Assembly: GCF_006345805.1 (NCBI RefSeq)
Contig: NC_042997.1
Location: forward strand, 41,540,001 to 41,604,000
Length of the DNA stretch: 64,000 nt
Reading direction: 5' to 3'
DNA from: Octopus sinensis
Lineage: Eukaryota
Position numbers and translations under genes: made by a program. The notes under the pieces were generated by a model. The model was not told the DNA's origin. It worked only from the letters and a program-made list of their open reading frames with translations, and did not search any database. The first letter of the stretch is position 1, and each line of letters starts with the position of its first letter. Shown here one piece after another: positions 63,511 through 64,000 of the stretch.

Positions 63511-64000
63511 AGGGGGATTGAAACAAAATGCTATATGTGTTCAGTGAGGTAGAGATCGGGGGTCGGGGTTAAGACAGAAAACGCGAGAGTGGGGAGGATT
63601 CTGTCATAAATAATGAGATGAGAGAATAGAAAGAGATAGAGAGACAGAGAAAGAGGGAGCGAGAGAGAACGATGAATATATTTGCAAATAGAGGAAGGGT
63701 AGGAGGTAATAAAGAAAATGGGGCGAGTCATGGTGAATTATATAATAAGATGGGAGGAGCGAACGGTAAGGATAATAACTCTTATTACATCCCTTTTTGC
63801 ATGAAACTGTATCTGGTTCTGTTTTGTTAAATAAAATCTGTGAAGATTTCCAAATCTGTTTTAATGTAAATAATTCATTGAAGTGTTTGGAAATTGGCGA
63901 ATATGTTTAGGGAAGAAGAAAGGAGTGTTTCATTGAAATCTTGCGTTTTTTTACTGAGTTCAGTCATTGCACAGCGGCCAGGCTGGGGTTAACTTTTCAG

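Overview
AT-rich, microsatellite- and transposon-dense eukaryotic DNA. The SINE types and simple-repeat spectrum are most consistent with an octopod (coleoid cephalopod) genome; this is recognition from memory, not a database search. The only host gene found is a spliced + strand gene whose 5' end lies left of the window. Ten GT-AG exons between 4430 and 27698 join phase-consistently into ankyrin repeats, a mind bomb-like RING-HC finger, a linker and a death domain. A second intact paralog of the terminal death-domain exon, with its own acceptor, stop and AATAAA, lies 20 kb downstream at 47909-48114 inside a duplicated segment. A third, exon-less copy of the downstream block sits at about 33 kb next to a Helitron helicase remnant. 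The rest is mobile DNA: a Hero-like RLE retrotransposon, CR1/L2-group and RTE LINE pieces, two head-to-tail Tx1/L1-like elements, mariner fragments, Helitrons, tRNA-derived SINEs, fold-back MITEs, long purine tracts and a ~127-bp minisatellite carrying an RTE insertion with a 12-bp TSD. Exon boundaries were read base by base; most repeat boundaries are approximate (tens of bp).
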